Source: Selaginella moellendorffii (lineage: Eukaryota; Plantae; Lycopodiophyta). From it: a DNA stretch of 64,000 nucleotides. The stretch lies in contig NW_003314272.1 in NCBI RefSeq assembly GCF_000143415.4, positions 406,184 to 470,183 of the forward strand. Direction: 5' to 3'. The notes under the pieces are model-generated. The model had not been told where the DNA came from, did no database searches, and worked only from the letters and a program-made list of their open reading frames with translations. Position 1 is the first letter of the stretch, and each line of letters begins with the position of its first letter. Below, one piece after another: positions 26,448 to 39,225 of this stretch. The translations under genes and the position numbers were made by a program.

Positions 26448-27780
26448 AACAAAATAGAGCTTACTAGATGAAATTCCTGATCCACTTTGAGTTGAGACAA
26501 CATAGCACTGATGGCAAAGTCGAAGGCATCTGCCTCGATGAAAAAAGGTTGTGAGAGATCAGCATGGATCAAGACAAGAGTAGAACTGAAGGCTGCCTTG
26601 AGTGTGTCAAAGGCCTACTGGCAGGAGACCAAGAGAAGGGAACATCCTTGTGAGTGAGATGCGTGAGAGGAAGGACAATGTCAGAGTAGTGATCAATGAA
26701 TTTGCAGTAGAAGTTGGCGAAGCCAAAGAAAACCTAAACTTCTGACATTGATTGTAGAGGCTCTCATTCTAGAATAGTCTTGACTTTAGCAGGATCCATT
26801 GTGATACCCTCAGGAGTGACAATGTACCCAAGGAACTCCACAAACTCCTGATCGAAGGAACATTTCTCAAGCTTCGCGTATAGGCCGTGTTCCCGCAGCT
26901 TCGCCAACACCTTGTGCACATGCTTGTCGTGCTCCTCATGAGTTTTTGAGTAAATGAGGATGTCGTCGAGGTAGATGATCACCATCTGATCACGAAACTC
27001 CCAAAAGATGTCATTCGCCATGTGTTAGAAAATTGCTTGAGCATTTATCAAGCTAAACAACATGACAGTGTACTTGAAGTGGCCATAGCTAGTTCGAAAC
27101 ATAGTATTCCATTCATTGCCAGGCCAAATCTGGATCTGTATGCTCCACGGAGGTCAATGTTGGTGAAGAAGCGGGCACCGCTAAGGCATTCCAACAGGTC
27201 CGAGATCAGGGGCAGCGGATAACGGTTCAGAACAGTCACCTTGTTCAAACCTCAGTAATTGATGACTAGCCACAAATTCCCATCCTTCTTCTTGACAAAG
27301 AAGACATGCATTCTAATTGGGGACTGCAAATGCTGAATGTACCCGGATGCAAGGTTCTCATCCATGTACTCTTTGAGGGCTTTAAGCTTGAACGGGGATA
27401 ACCCGTAGATATGCCCCCATGGAGGTGACGCTCCTTCCTGTAAATCAATGGGACAATCATAAGGCCGATGAACAGGCAGTACACTAGTTTTTTTCTTATC
27501 AAAGACATCCCCAAAATCATGATACTTCTCAAGAAGACTGACAGGAGAAACATGCAAAGCAAAAAAGAAAACAAGTTCTTCGCAAAGGAGTTCTTTCATA
27601 GTGATTGTGGAGATAGGAGGGGGCGTACGACTGAATGGAATGATGGGACGAGGATACTATCTAGTGTAGGATGGAAGAGAGGGAAAAGAAGATTAAGGGA
27701 TAGGGAGCAAAGAGGGTGAAAACTTCGTAGAGTCAGGAATAGGACCCCGATTTAGGGAGCTTTTCCTGATTCAGACTCAA
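26448..27780 (-). pseudogene. Chromovirus reverse transcriptase and start of RNase H
   Basis: PVHRPYDCPIDL; FFVKKKDG; RYPLPLI; [11 protein letters not shown]; FIEADAFDFAI. Confidence 0.95.
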
Positions 27781-27804
27781 TGAACAGCAGGGGAAGACGT
27801 GAAT

Positions 27805-28192
27805 GGCTGATGCTCCCAGTCCAAGTGTGGGTGGCACTACTTACTTGGATACCTAGTGTGGCTCAACGGAACCTCGTTCTAAGCCCATGGCTAGAGCACC
27901 CAAAGGCGGAAGGTGGGGAGAGTACCTATGAGGCTCACGTAGGGCTACGATGTTCCGAAATGTTGTCCCAAAGTCCTAAACTATGGAAAGGAAGAGGAAT
28001 GGTCCTCTGGTGTAGTGACCAATGATATAGTCAAGTGATGAGGAAGTCCCAGAGGACAGTGGAACTTAGTGGTCGGGCTAGTGGGCCTTCTCCTAGTGGC
28101 AGTGTTGGCGAATATGGCCATGGACAAAAAAGGGACTTGGTGTGGACTGTAAAAGGGATATTGGGGAAGGCTGTTCCTCATGTTTGCGGGCA
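27805..28192 (+). mobile_element. Family-A LTR internal fragment
   Basis: Colinear with 31765-32152. Confidence 0.8.
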
Positions 28193-30698
28193 TCTTCAAG
28201 CTAATCCAACACTAAGCTACTCAATGAGCAATAGCAAGGTTCCCCAAAAAAGAATTGAGCATTGCAACCCAAGTCTTTAATAGCAAGCTTAGACAAAATG
28301 GTTTAGCGTTTAACCGCTATCCATCCCATGACTCACCATTTACAAGACTGTCATTGCCAAAATGCATCAAGGTAGGAACTCTTGATTGCATGATGTGAAC
28401 ATGAGCAATGAGTCACACCTCATTGCAAATCATCTCTCCAAAAAAAGAAGATGATTTACATGTTTGATCCTTCGTCCCTGACGACTCTCTTTTCGGTTTC
28501 ATCTTTGACTAAACCTCAAGCTTGCTTTCACACTGCCTTCAGTCCAATCCAAGAAAAGTTTATGAGAGAGTACGGCAATGACTACTTGAACCAATAGACT
28601 AATCCCTATAGTCTTGATTTATCCACTTGTAATCATGCCTAGGAAGGATCCACTAGTGCTATGCTTAATAACTACGGACCAGCTTATTTGCCACTTATAG
28701 CAAACCCATAGAATAATTCATGGAACCATTGGAACAACTCATGGAACCACCAATATGCTAACATTAATCTTGCCAACTCAAATTGTAATCTTGAGTTGCT
28801 AATGTGCCTTACTCACGAGCCCAAGCTCAAACTCATGCAAAATGGTACAACTCAATCCCTCTTATAAGCCCAAGAGCAAGCTCACATTATTACAGTACAA
28901 AAGGTAATTGAATCCATACCCAAGGAATGAATGCGAAGCCTTTGCAACAAAACGTGTACCCACTCTGATTATCATTTTCATCTCTGCATATGCAACGAGA
29001 CTAGTTGCCCAATCTCATTGAATAGTACTTGTTAAGACTCATTCTCTGATACCAAATGTAGCGCACGTGGTTTTGACCCATTATCCTATGGTGATTTACC
29101 AAAGCCCGGGTAGGTTTTGAGCTCATGAGCTCACGAGCTGAGCTCATGAGTTGAGCTCACGGCTTCTCAAACACAAGAAAAACATTGGTTTGTCCCGAAC
29201 CAACATCTTTCTATTTTTCAAATTTTGATTTAATCTATATTTCCAAGTAAATTCGACCAATAAAATACAAATATAAATATAGATCCGAACACTAAAAGCA
29301 ATCTAAAAACACTTCTCAAGCTTCGCAACTGTGAGGCTTGCCTGGTGGATGTGATGGTCGATCTTAGGATCTTGGTTTAGTTCCTGCATAAAAATGTAAT
29401 AGATGTGCTTGCAGGCTAAATATACCTTTCCCCTGTTCTCCCGCTGTGTAAAATCTGGATAGTTACATGATGGATTCTTGCAGATTTTAACAGTGTAGCT
29501 CATACCCTTTGATGACTCAGTCACAATAATAAACTCCTTAGCCATAGCACTGATGTAGTTTGTCTTTGTGATTGTGCACTTTAGCTCTTTTGCCAGCTTG
29601 ATCTTCTCTTGTGCACCTTTTGAAATGGAAGACCTATATTGTACAGCCTTCCCATTCCTAGCTGGTCGTGTATGCTGGTCTAGTGTTGATATTGGTGGCA
29701 TAACAGTACTAACAACAACATTTGAGGAAGTCTTTAGCTTGAAACCTGCTCTCTCCAGACTTTCAATCTCTTCTTTCAAAAGATTGCAGCTTTGCTCAAC
29801 TGGCCACTCCTCTGGCACAGAATCTGGCTTCAAAATAATTGAGCTGTGGATCCGGCTTGTATGAGTAACATCAGTCCCACAACAGTAAATCCAGCTTGAC
29901 TGGCGGCCCTTCACTCCTAGATCTCGACAGCCCCAGAAACATGGCACTGCTGAAGAACTTGAACCTAAGCGCACAAAAGCGAGACACTGACCTCGACTCC
30001 CAATCATTCCAGAGCAACGTGCATTGCTCTTGGCACTGACTCTTCGAATTGCCCAGTTGATACGAGAAACTGGCTCACGAGAAATAACCTTTTCAACCTC
30101 TGGCACTAGACTTACTTGTGTAACAACTGGCACCTCCTCCACCCCATGTTCCTTAGTTCTTTTCTGGTGTCGTGAAACAGAATGGTAGTCAAACTCTGGA
30201 CGGTGAGAGCTAGAAGGAGTGATGTTTGACCCATCAAATGTCTGTCAACGCTTCATACGGGCTGTTCTCATGTCCCCAAGTGGTTCATAACTTGATTTCA
30301 TAGGAGTTCTAGCAACAACTTCCTCTACCATCTTAGACATTGACCCTACTGCTGGTGTTGTCCTTCTACCAACCCGCTCTTGAAGCCTGTCTAAGTTTGG
30401 ACCTGTACCAGCAAACCTTGCTTCTTGTGCAGCCAAAGCTTTTGATGACTGCTCAAGAGATCTAGTGAGGTCAGAGAGTGTAGCTTCATAGAGGGACACT
30501 TTTCCTTTCCCTGCTTCGGAAGCTCTCCAACTCCAATGTTTGCTTTCAGAGAGATTAATTGTTGGTGTAAGTGCAATATCATCAAGTGGTTGATCCTACA
30601 AAAAATGCAACATTTGAATGTGACAAGAAAGAAAATGAGAGAAAGCTTACATGGAGAGTATAATGACCCCACTGAAATATTCGAACTTCCCACCATGC

Positions 30699-32506
30699 TG
30701 TGAGACACAAAATCCCTAGGCTCCCAAAGTGGAGCTGGAAGGGCGCCACATAGTAGTGGCCGAAGCGAGAGCCAAACGAGCGTAACACGTTTGGACCAAA
30801 AGCTCCGACTTGAAAAGTCAAGAGCGGGAGTGGAACTCCCAACGAAGTGCTCTAGGAACGAGCACGAAGCGAGCAAAAGGCGAGGCTCCAAAAAGGGACT
30901 CAAAAGGACCAACACATGACACGTGGGAGTGTCCGAGATGGACTCGACTTGGAGTCCGAAGTGGAGTCCGAGATGGACCCGAGATGGAGTCCGAGATGGA
31001 GTCCGAAGTGGAGTCCGAGATGGAGTCCGAAGTGGAGTCCGAGATGGAGTCCGAAGTGGAGTCTGAGATGGAGTCCGAAGTGGAGTCCGAGATGGAGTCC
31101 GAGTTGGAGTCCGAGGTGGACCCGAGATGGACCCGAGTTGGAGTCCGAAGTGGAGTCCGAGATGGACCCGAGATGGAGTCCGAGATGGAGTCCGAGATGG
31201 AGTCCGAGGTGGACCCGAGATGGACCCGAGATGGAGTCCGAGATGGAGTCCGAGATGGACCCGAGATGGAGTCCGAGATGGAGTCTGAGATGGACCCGAG
31301 ATGGGGTCCGAGATGGAGTCCGAGATGGAGTCCGAAGTCGAGACCGAGACCGGGACCGAGACCGGGACCGAGACCGAGACCGAGACCGAGATCGGGACCG
31401 AGACCGAGACCGAGGCCGAGGCCGAGACCGAGCCCGAGCCCGAGTCCGAGTCCGAATCCGAGTCCGAGTCCGAGTCCGAGTCCGAGTCCGAGTCCGAGTC
31501 CGGAGCCTGAGAGGGTGAAAGCCCAAAGCGTTCGTCTCCCAGACCCTGGGGGGTTTGGTGAGCCCCAAAAGTATAGTAGGGGGAGGACTGCAGTGGAGCC
31601 AGTTTGGCCAGGAAAGGCCAGTTTGGCCCAGGAAGGCCAGACCCAGTGTTGGGTGATGAACTGACCACTAGGAAGTCCAAGACTAGAGTGAATACGGACC
31701 GACAAGCGGGGTAGCTTGGTGAAGTGTTCAAGAGCCGGCTCTAGTTCCCCCGGGAGATCGACTGGCCGATGCTCCCAGTCCAAGTGTGGGTGGCACTACC
31801 TACTTGGATACCAGGCGTGGCTCAACGGAACCTCGCTCTAAGCCCATGGCTAGAGCACCTAAAGGCGAAAGGCGGGGAGAGTACCCAGGTGGCTCGCGTA
31901 AGGCCACGGTGTTCCGAAATGTTGTCCCAAAGGCCTAGACTGTGGAAAGGAAGAGGAGCAGTCCTCTGGGGTAGTGACCAAGGACACAGTCATGTGGTGA
32001 GGAAGTCCCAGAGGACCATGGGACTTAGGGGTCGGGCCTGTGGGCCTTGATCCAGTGGCAGTGTTGGCGAACACAGCCAGGGGCAGAAAGGGACTTGGTA
32101 GGAACTGACAAAGGGACTTTAGGGAAGGCAATTCCCCAGGTTTGTGGGCATCCTAAGGACGCTAAGGAGTGGATCTAGGATGACCACTCGTGGATAGATG
32201 GCCCAGTCTTGGAGAGACGGGTTTGTGATGCAAGTGGTAATGGACCACTAGTGCAGCAAGGGTAAATGGGCATGGCCTTAGCGTAACGGGCCGAGATGTC
32301 ATTGGTACCTTTGGGTGTCGGTCTTGGGACCGGACACGAGGAGCACTTGGACCAGGTGCAAGTGTTGAGTGGCATGGATGCCATTCTTGGGGCTAGCAAG
32401 TCCCAAGTCCTGAATTGGACTGATGGAGGTTGTGAACGAGACTCCTCCAAGTGGTCGGAGGTGTGGTTAAGTGACTAAAGTAGAATGGAAAATTTAGTCG
32501 CTTACA
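30699..32506 (+). mobile_element. Family-A solo LTR, young
   Basis: TGTGAGAC...GCTTACA with perfect 5-bp TSD CATGC (30694-30698 and 32507-32511). Confidence 0.97.
30930..31505 (+). repeat. Tandem array inside the family-A LTR: 12-mers (GAGATGGAGTCC/GAGATGGACCC) grading into 6-mers (GAGACC, then GAGTCC)
   Basis: Directly visible. The same array occurs at 41700-42660, 48005-48595, 9855-10445 and 62095-63720. Confidence 0.97.
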
Positions 32507-35001
32507 CATGCAAGCCAGCATTCCATTTGTGGAAGGTTTTCAATTGGCACTTTGTCTCCTTCACGCCACTATATACGCATTTCATTTGCCTTTACCGCAT
32601 GCTCCTCTTTAGTTGGTGCATCCATCCATTCCCGACAAAGCTGCTTGAACTCATGATGGAAGGTAGACTTGATGCATCGGCAATGTTCATTGACGCTCTT
32701 TGCCCAATGAAACTCACAACTCTTCTCTCTACCTTGTAATGGCTGACTTTTATCACCTCCGAATACTTGTCGTACAGCCAACCAGTTAGCACCAGCTGCA
32801 TCTGCCATGAAACCACGGAAGTTGGGTTTCTTCCCAGTTTGCTGTTCAACAACCTCGGACATACATGTCCAAAAGACGGTTTGTGCTTGAAAATCTTGAA
32901 CCTTAAATTCGGCTATAGCTATAGTCAAATTGCACTGCAACCTATAAAAAGAATGGTTATAATGTAAATCGGTATGGATCCTTAAAAAATGAAAAACCAC
33001 TTACTTGTGATCATAAACATGAGCTCCCATTGTTGACCAGCCTAAAACTCATTCCATATGGTCAAAATGGATCCAGGAATTAGCCAAATCCCCATCTCCA
33101 TCCATATCCATTCATTGTACAAGGTCCACACCAGAAGCAGGACCAAGGGTAGACATCTTAAAGATGAAAGGGCGTTGATTGTTTGAAGTCACTTGGCCAA
33201 TGAATAAGCTCCCATGAATAAACTCATAGGGACATTTTCTCTTTAGCTCCAAAATCCCATCAAATCCAGATTGAAGCTTTCCATCTCGCCCTTCTCGCAT
33301 CCAGTTCTTTATTCTACCAAAAAAAAGAGTGTTATTAGTGATAAAGTAGGGTTAAATGTTAATTTTATACCTGTTTAAATTTGTCATGGGTTCTATATTT
33401 CGAAGTAGGTCCTTCAAGCTATTCTCCATGAACTCTTTTTTGCTATCAGATTGTAGCAACATGTCCACCACATAGTCCTTTAGTATAGACTGTTGAACAC
33501 ACTTTGGAGTTGCTGCACTTTTCTTCCTAGCCTCTGTAGTAACAGCAGTCTTCAAATTGTGAAAAGAATCACGGCGGATTCCTTCCTCGATTGCGTGTTG
33601 ATGGTATCCAACATGCACTACTGCTCTGCCTAAACATCCATCTCGTGGAAGAAAATAATACATTTTCGCATCGCAACATGCTTGACACACAGGTGTTGCC
33701 CCACATTTGCGACATCTAAATCCTGTAGCAGCTTCATCACGCCTAGGGGGATTGATCGCTGAGCCTTCAAAGAAACACATATTCTTGCCATGATCAGAAA
33801 TGCATTTCTCAGTGACACACTGAAGCTATCCACCACAATGGACTATGGACACAGATCCATCAAAATGAGAGAAGTGGGTCGTCTTTACTCTACACCAATT
33901 ATGTGGATCAAGATGCGTCTCCATACCCCTTTTCCTACTTGACGAACTTGCTGGTGGAAACTCGAAGAATATATTCCCATTATAGGAAGAAGGAAGCTCC
34001 TCACCTCTCATGTACTAGAACTCCTTCAATTCTAACCGTAATGATCAAGATTGCCAAAATGCCTTATCCACCACTTCAAAAACTGGTCCAGAAGGAACAC
34101 ACCTACTTGTCTGGGAAGCTATGTCGGGAAGCTCATCTTCTTCATTTTCGTTACTAGAGAGAATAACAACTTCATCCTTCACTCCTTGCACAGTTGGTTG
34201 TGAAACTGATGCGCTCTCCTCTCCTCGCTTCGGAGATCCTGTAACTAGAATCTCTTGACCTGTACATCTATCAAGATCCCATTGAATCCCATTCTCTCCC
34301 ACACCACTGTCAAGAAGAATGGATTTTTCTATCTGATTACCCTTATCACAACATACATTCTCCAAACTAACTGATCCTGGCTTCAGCTTGAATCTTCTGC
34401 AGAGGAAGCTCTCTCCTATAACACTCTTAGAGAAAACAATTGGGGGCTCTTGATCGAATTTCAAATAGAATTCTCTCATATCTTCTCCTTGCTCGAGCAC
34501 TTAGAAAAAAATTTGGGGAGAAACTGACAAGAAAGAACAAAGATATTCTTCTGTATTGTGAGCATTAATTAGCTATGTCCTTGCAAAGGACAAGTTAATT
34601 ATTTTAACAAAATATACAACCGTTTAGAATCTAGAGAGATATGAGAATCTTAAAGAGCCACCCATATTAATTGTATAATTGATTGTGAGAGGAATAATAT
34701 TGTTGAAATGAATGTGGTTATGAGTGAGAAGCGCCAGTCAATCACAAAAGTTGTAGCATTGATTGTTTGTTTTCCCTCTCATCTCCATGCTCTCTTCCCT
34801 TCAAGAGAGTTTCATTCTTTTGTGACGAGTGAGAGAGACTTAAGCTCGGAAAGGTTGGTTCGTGTGCGGTTTTTATTCCTCTCACGATCAATTATACATA
34901 TCTTAATATCTAAAACATTGAAAGATTGTGTCCATTGATCACCATCAAAGAGAATGAAAATCATGGCCATTGATCGTGACTGTTGATCGCGTCCGTTGAT
35001 T

Positions 35002-35025
35002 TTTAGGGTTTTACGCCTAGGGTTT
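35002..35025 (-). promoter_or_regulatory. Telo-box-like motifs (TAGGGTTT x2) between the divergent genes of element 2
   Basis: tttagggttttacgcctagggttt. Confidence 0.5.
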
Positions 35026-35339
35026 GAGCAGCAAAGGGCAAGAGAAAGGCGCGCTTGAGCAGGGAAGGGCGAGCGAAAGTAGAGGGTGGAAGATGTTGGT
35101 TCTTGCGCGAACCGACCTCTCCCGTATTCTTGTTGTGTTTTTCCTTTTTCTCGAGAGGTAGGGTGAGGTCAATTCTCACGCGAACCAACCTCTCCCAGTG
35201 ACTTATGTTTTTTTCCTTTGCATTTCTTGTAGTTTACAATCTATTTTTCACATCTTTTACTTACAAAATTTTCTTGTGAGAGCAGATATAAATCAAGCTT
35301 GACTGCTTTAAACTTCCAACAAGGGACTTGAACTTAAAA

Positions 35340-38300
35340 TGCCACAGGTTTTCTTTACATTACAAGTTAGATGTTATAATAGTTTTGCTTTTTATTTTAG
35401 AGGAAGCGCCGAGGCCAGCCTCAATGGTCTCGATCTCCAGGAAAAGGCAGCCGCCTTGATTGCTGTGGGCTTGGCCAATTGAGTGGAGATTCATCTCAAG
35501 TATCCAATGAAGTTTCGGCTAGTCATGCTGGAGGCAACGATGAGCATAACAATGACATGGATGTTGAGATGAACACTCAAATCGATGTTGGTGTTATTGA
35601 GGCTGTTGGTACTAGTGCTCCTGAGGCTGCGGGTACTGGTGGTGGGGTACTTGTATCTGATGTTGGCGGTGGTGGGGGTGCTATGCCTTCGGTTGCTGAG
35701 GCTGTTCGCGGCCAGGTCGATGAACCAGCTGAGGACGTTATTGGTAGCGTTGTAGGTGGATCTACTACAGAGGCTACTAGGGGCATGGTAGCTGCTCCTA
35801 CTGCTCCTCAGGCTGGTGGTGCAGGGGGAGCTAGTGGTGGTGAGGGATTATGCATGCATGATTCTGACACCATCTTGAATGATTGTGTTTGGGACACGAT
35901 TATCCAAGCTCAAGAACGGACAGTCAGTAAAGTGTTACAGGAAATGGCGTGGAATGGCCCTCATCGATTTCTAGTTCCTTTGTGCCGATTGGTTCAAAGC
36001 CATTGGGTGCGCTCAGCTTACGACCTCAACATGGCTATCTACAGCTCCTTTGCCGAGGTCGGGTTTGGGAGCATAGCTGGTACCTTCATCGTTTCACCAA
36101 CTTTCCCTGGAACCGGCCGGACAGAGTCAGTGACTACTGAACTTGAGGAAAAATGGGATCCTATATGGCTGCAAAAGTCTCGTGAGTTTGATGGATTCTT
36201 AGGACAACATGTGGAGATAGCAGGATTCATTGGAAAGCTCTTTTGGGTGATCGATGGAAACCATAGGTGGCTGGCATTTTGGAAGTGCATTCAAGAGAAG
36301 TTCCGAGATGACGAAGAACGACACATTAGTGTTCCAGTCACACTTGTCGAACCAATGACTCGGGAGCACACTGTGAAGCTCAACATGGCATGCCATAAGA
36401 TCAACATGTAAGAATTTATTTTTTGTAAACTTAGCTAATATCGTGTTTTTGCAGGCTAAACCAATTTGCGTTTCAAGCTCATACATTGGTACATGACATT
36501 GAGCACCTTCAATTTATTGGCATGCTCTCGCTAGAGGAGGTCCAAACGTTGTACAATCGTGAGGTATTTGAAGCAATTCGAGTGAAGCTAGCAGCTAGGA
36601 AAGGCCAAGAATTGTAGACTTGGTACCAACTGCCACTTGACTTTCTAGTTGCTGTCTGGGCGAAGGTAAATTAGTATTGAAGTATGTATCGACTTACATA
36701 ATGTTTCTTGCAGCCCATAATCAAAGGAGAAAGAGCGTCATTCTTTAAAAATGCCTAAGGAGACGAGCAACAAAAGGAGATGGAGTGGCATGCGATTGAG
36801 CAGCGAATTTTGAATACGAAGAGAACAAAGGTGAAAAAGTTGCTCTCGATTGCAGACATACGACGTGGGCAGGAATGGCTTGATAGCATTGCCGAGATTT
36901 GTTCTCGCGTTCGTAAGTTCTTATAAAATTTGTGAAACATTTCATAACTCCTTGTGTGTGTAGGAACTGGTAAAGCACCGGAGGAACTCATTTACAACAT
37001 CTCGAAGAGTAAAATGTCCTTTGCTGAACAAAGTGTTTGCTTGGAACTTCTCAACACTTGGCTGCGAAACAACGAAAAACGCTGCGAGATAAGGATGGAG
37101 AAGGTGATGAAGGAGAAGGCGTACATTTCTCAGAGTATTGCCGCTGGTGAGGAGATGCTACAAGTCTGGGATGAGAAGTTTCTTTCCAGCACCCGCACAG
37201 GTATCACTCTCGAAGAATATATTCGTGCTTGTCTTGCGGAGCTAGGGAATGGTTGGCTTCCACATGGTGGGATGAGTTTGGCTGAGTTCAAGAACCAACC
37301 AGGACAACCATTTCTTGCGAGGCGCATGGTTTACAGGTATTTTTTCAATTCTCATTTATATATTGGTATTTATATTTTTGTTTTACTTTGTAGATATTTA
37401 AAATATTGCCCCGGCGCACCGGTATACACAACCGGTGTTTTGCAGAAGCTCTTGACTAGAGGCAAGAAGCTTGGGATGTATGAGCCAGAGTTCTACTGTC
37501 CTTGTACACATGAGAGGGAGCTATGCTCGTGGTACCTTGAACTCGTGGAGCAGATGCCAACATCGGACTTCGAGCTAGATCTCTACCTTGAATGTCATCC
37601 AGGTTCACTTGAAACTCAGCACTTAGCTAGGAAATATTAACCTTGAGTTATATTCTTATTTTCCAATGACCAGGACCGACTGTGATAACGATGTTGTTGA
37701 AGTTCAACAACTAAACCTAGGAGTCAGCACTCANNNNNNNNNNNNNNNNNNNNNNNNNNNNNNNNNNNNNNNNNNNNNNNNNNNNNNNNNNNNNNNNNNN
37801 NNNNNNNNNNNNNNNNNNNNNNNNNNNNNNNNNCAGCACAAGAGATTCCAGTACCTGCTCCTCGCAACCCCCAAAGGGGCCGTCATGAAGCCTTTCATGA
37901 GAGTAAGGACTTTGATTTGGAACATTCTTTTATTCATTCTTGACTTCACTTTTTTTTTTATAGATGTTGCAGAGAGTAGCCATCAGTCTTTTCGGCGGAC
38001 TAAGACATTCTTCCCATCCCTCCCTACGGCTACAAATGACAACCTAGAAGAGCTCTCCTCTGCAGCGATGCATAAACAGGTTAGTAAGCATGAATTTTAT
38101 CTTCAAGTTCTAATAGTTGATTTTCAGGTTCGCCCTCTATCCCCAACGGCCAGTGTTGGGGAAGTTGCTGTTCTCATTGGGGATTACACACAGCTTTTAG
38201 ATGCTACTAGTTGGGAGCTCTACATGCTTGATCGGTGGATCCATGGTTTAGGTCAGCTCACACCTTATGGGAAGATCGATTTCATCTTTTTCGATCTTCC

Positions 38301-39225
38301 CGATGGGATGCCACCACCGTAGGGGGATACTCCATCATGGAATGTGTTGCAGGCCCAACACATTTCCCAAGCCTTAAAGGTTGCGAGCAGCTTCATGACA
38401 TATGAGGGTGTGGTTGTCATGATCCTTCCTTACACTCTAATGTGGGAAGGCCTTCTTGCACACTTGGCTGACAACGATGATGGATTTGTTGAGTTTTCAT
38501 CTGGCTGCCTTCTTTCGAGTATGGTGGTGGACACAAAAGGCACTAGCAGGCAGACGCAAAAGGTGTGTGACTTCTTTATTTATAAATTAACTCTATTCTA
38601 TTTTTTTTTCCAGATTTATTCCTGGAACTACCATGCTCTATGCCACATTGGGAACCGGCGTAATGCCACACGAGCTGACGAGCGTGCTACTCTTGCTTTA
38701 CCAGGATATGACAGCTCTACAGACATCATCCCAAATGTGATTGACTCAGACGTTCTTCACCCAGCGTTCCCTGGTTATCGACATCGTTCGGTCACGGCCA
38801 TGCAAATCTTGTTGGAGTTATTCTGTCCGCCAAGGGGGATTGTGCTTGATGCTACAGCAAGATTTGGATCAATGGTGCAGGCAGCAAAAGAGACAGGCCG
38901 AGTAGTTTTTGCACTTGAGAAGGAGGGTGCCTTTGAGGACATTCTTATGAGATTTTGCAACAGGTGATGTTAGTGCTTGAAATAATCTATAATATTTATT
39001 CTCAAATGTTTCTATTTTATTAGGTCTACACTTATCACACACAGTGTTTCAGTCCATACACTTGATCTTGATGATATGGATGATCATATAGACCGAAGTC
39101 AATTCCACTTACCTATTTATGCTGAACGTATGGCACAACATTACATACAACACGAGCCTATAGTGAAGGAGCATTCCACTATACCCATTTCTACTTTTCT
39201 GGATATGGAAGCAGAAGAAGATTGA
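35340..39225 (+). pseudogene. Multi-exon ParB/Srx-like + N4C/N6A (beta-class-like) DNA methyltransferase-fold gene carried by element 2; several in-frame stops
   Basis: FWVIDGNHRWLA (36250-36267, ParB DGxHR motif). IDFIFFDLPDG (~38293, motif-IV position). RHRS...LLELFCPPRGIVLDATARFGSMVQAAKETGRVVFALE (motif X-I-II pattern). Short GT-AG introns, e.g. 36408-36453. Confidence 0.8.
37734..37833. other. Assembly gap (100 N)
   Basis: Run of N. Confidence 1.

Larger units (their letters stand above)
29303..34500 (-). pseudogene. MULE-type DDE transposase with N-terminal GCM/WRKY-like zinc domain and C-terminal SWIM finger; disrupted by stops and a solo LTR
   Basis: WIHFDH (D1), GFMADAA (D2), SCEFHW (CxxH), NLSESKH (E). 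SWIM-like YTVKI...SCNYPDF...CKHIYYI. N-terminal W..TT..CGG..C...C....CRKC...C....HVGYHQH. Introns at ~33314-33370, 32942-33004 and ~30597-30650. Confidence 0.85.

Noticed and set aside
30391-31783. Long ORFs (200-497 aa) with SDSD, RTRT, LGLG or ESEM repeats here and at 41423-42959, 47727-48915, 10000-10454 and 63355-63858
   Set aside because: They are open in several frames on both strands because the 6/12-mer LTR array has no stop codons; there is no sign they are real proteins.
35340-39225. Bacterial or phage contamination explaining the ParB-MTase genes
   Set aside because: The genes have GT-AG introns and sit inside an element with a TSD nested in plant LTR retrotransposons.
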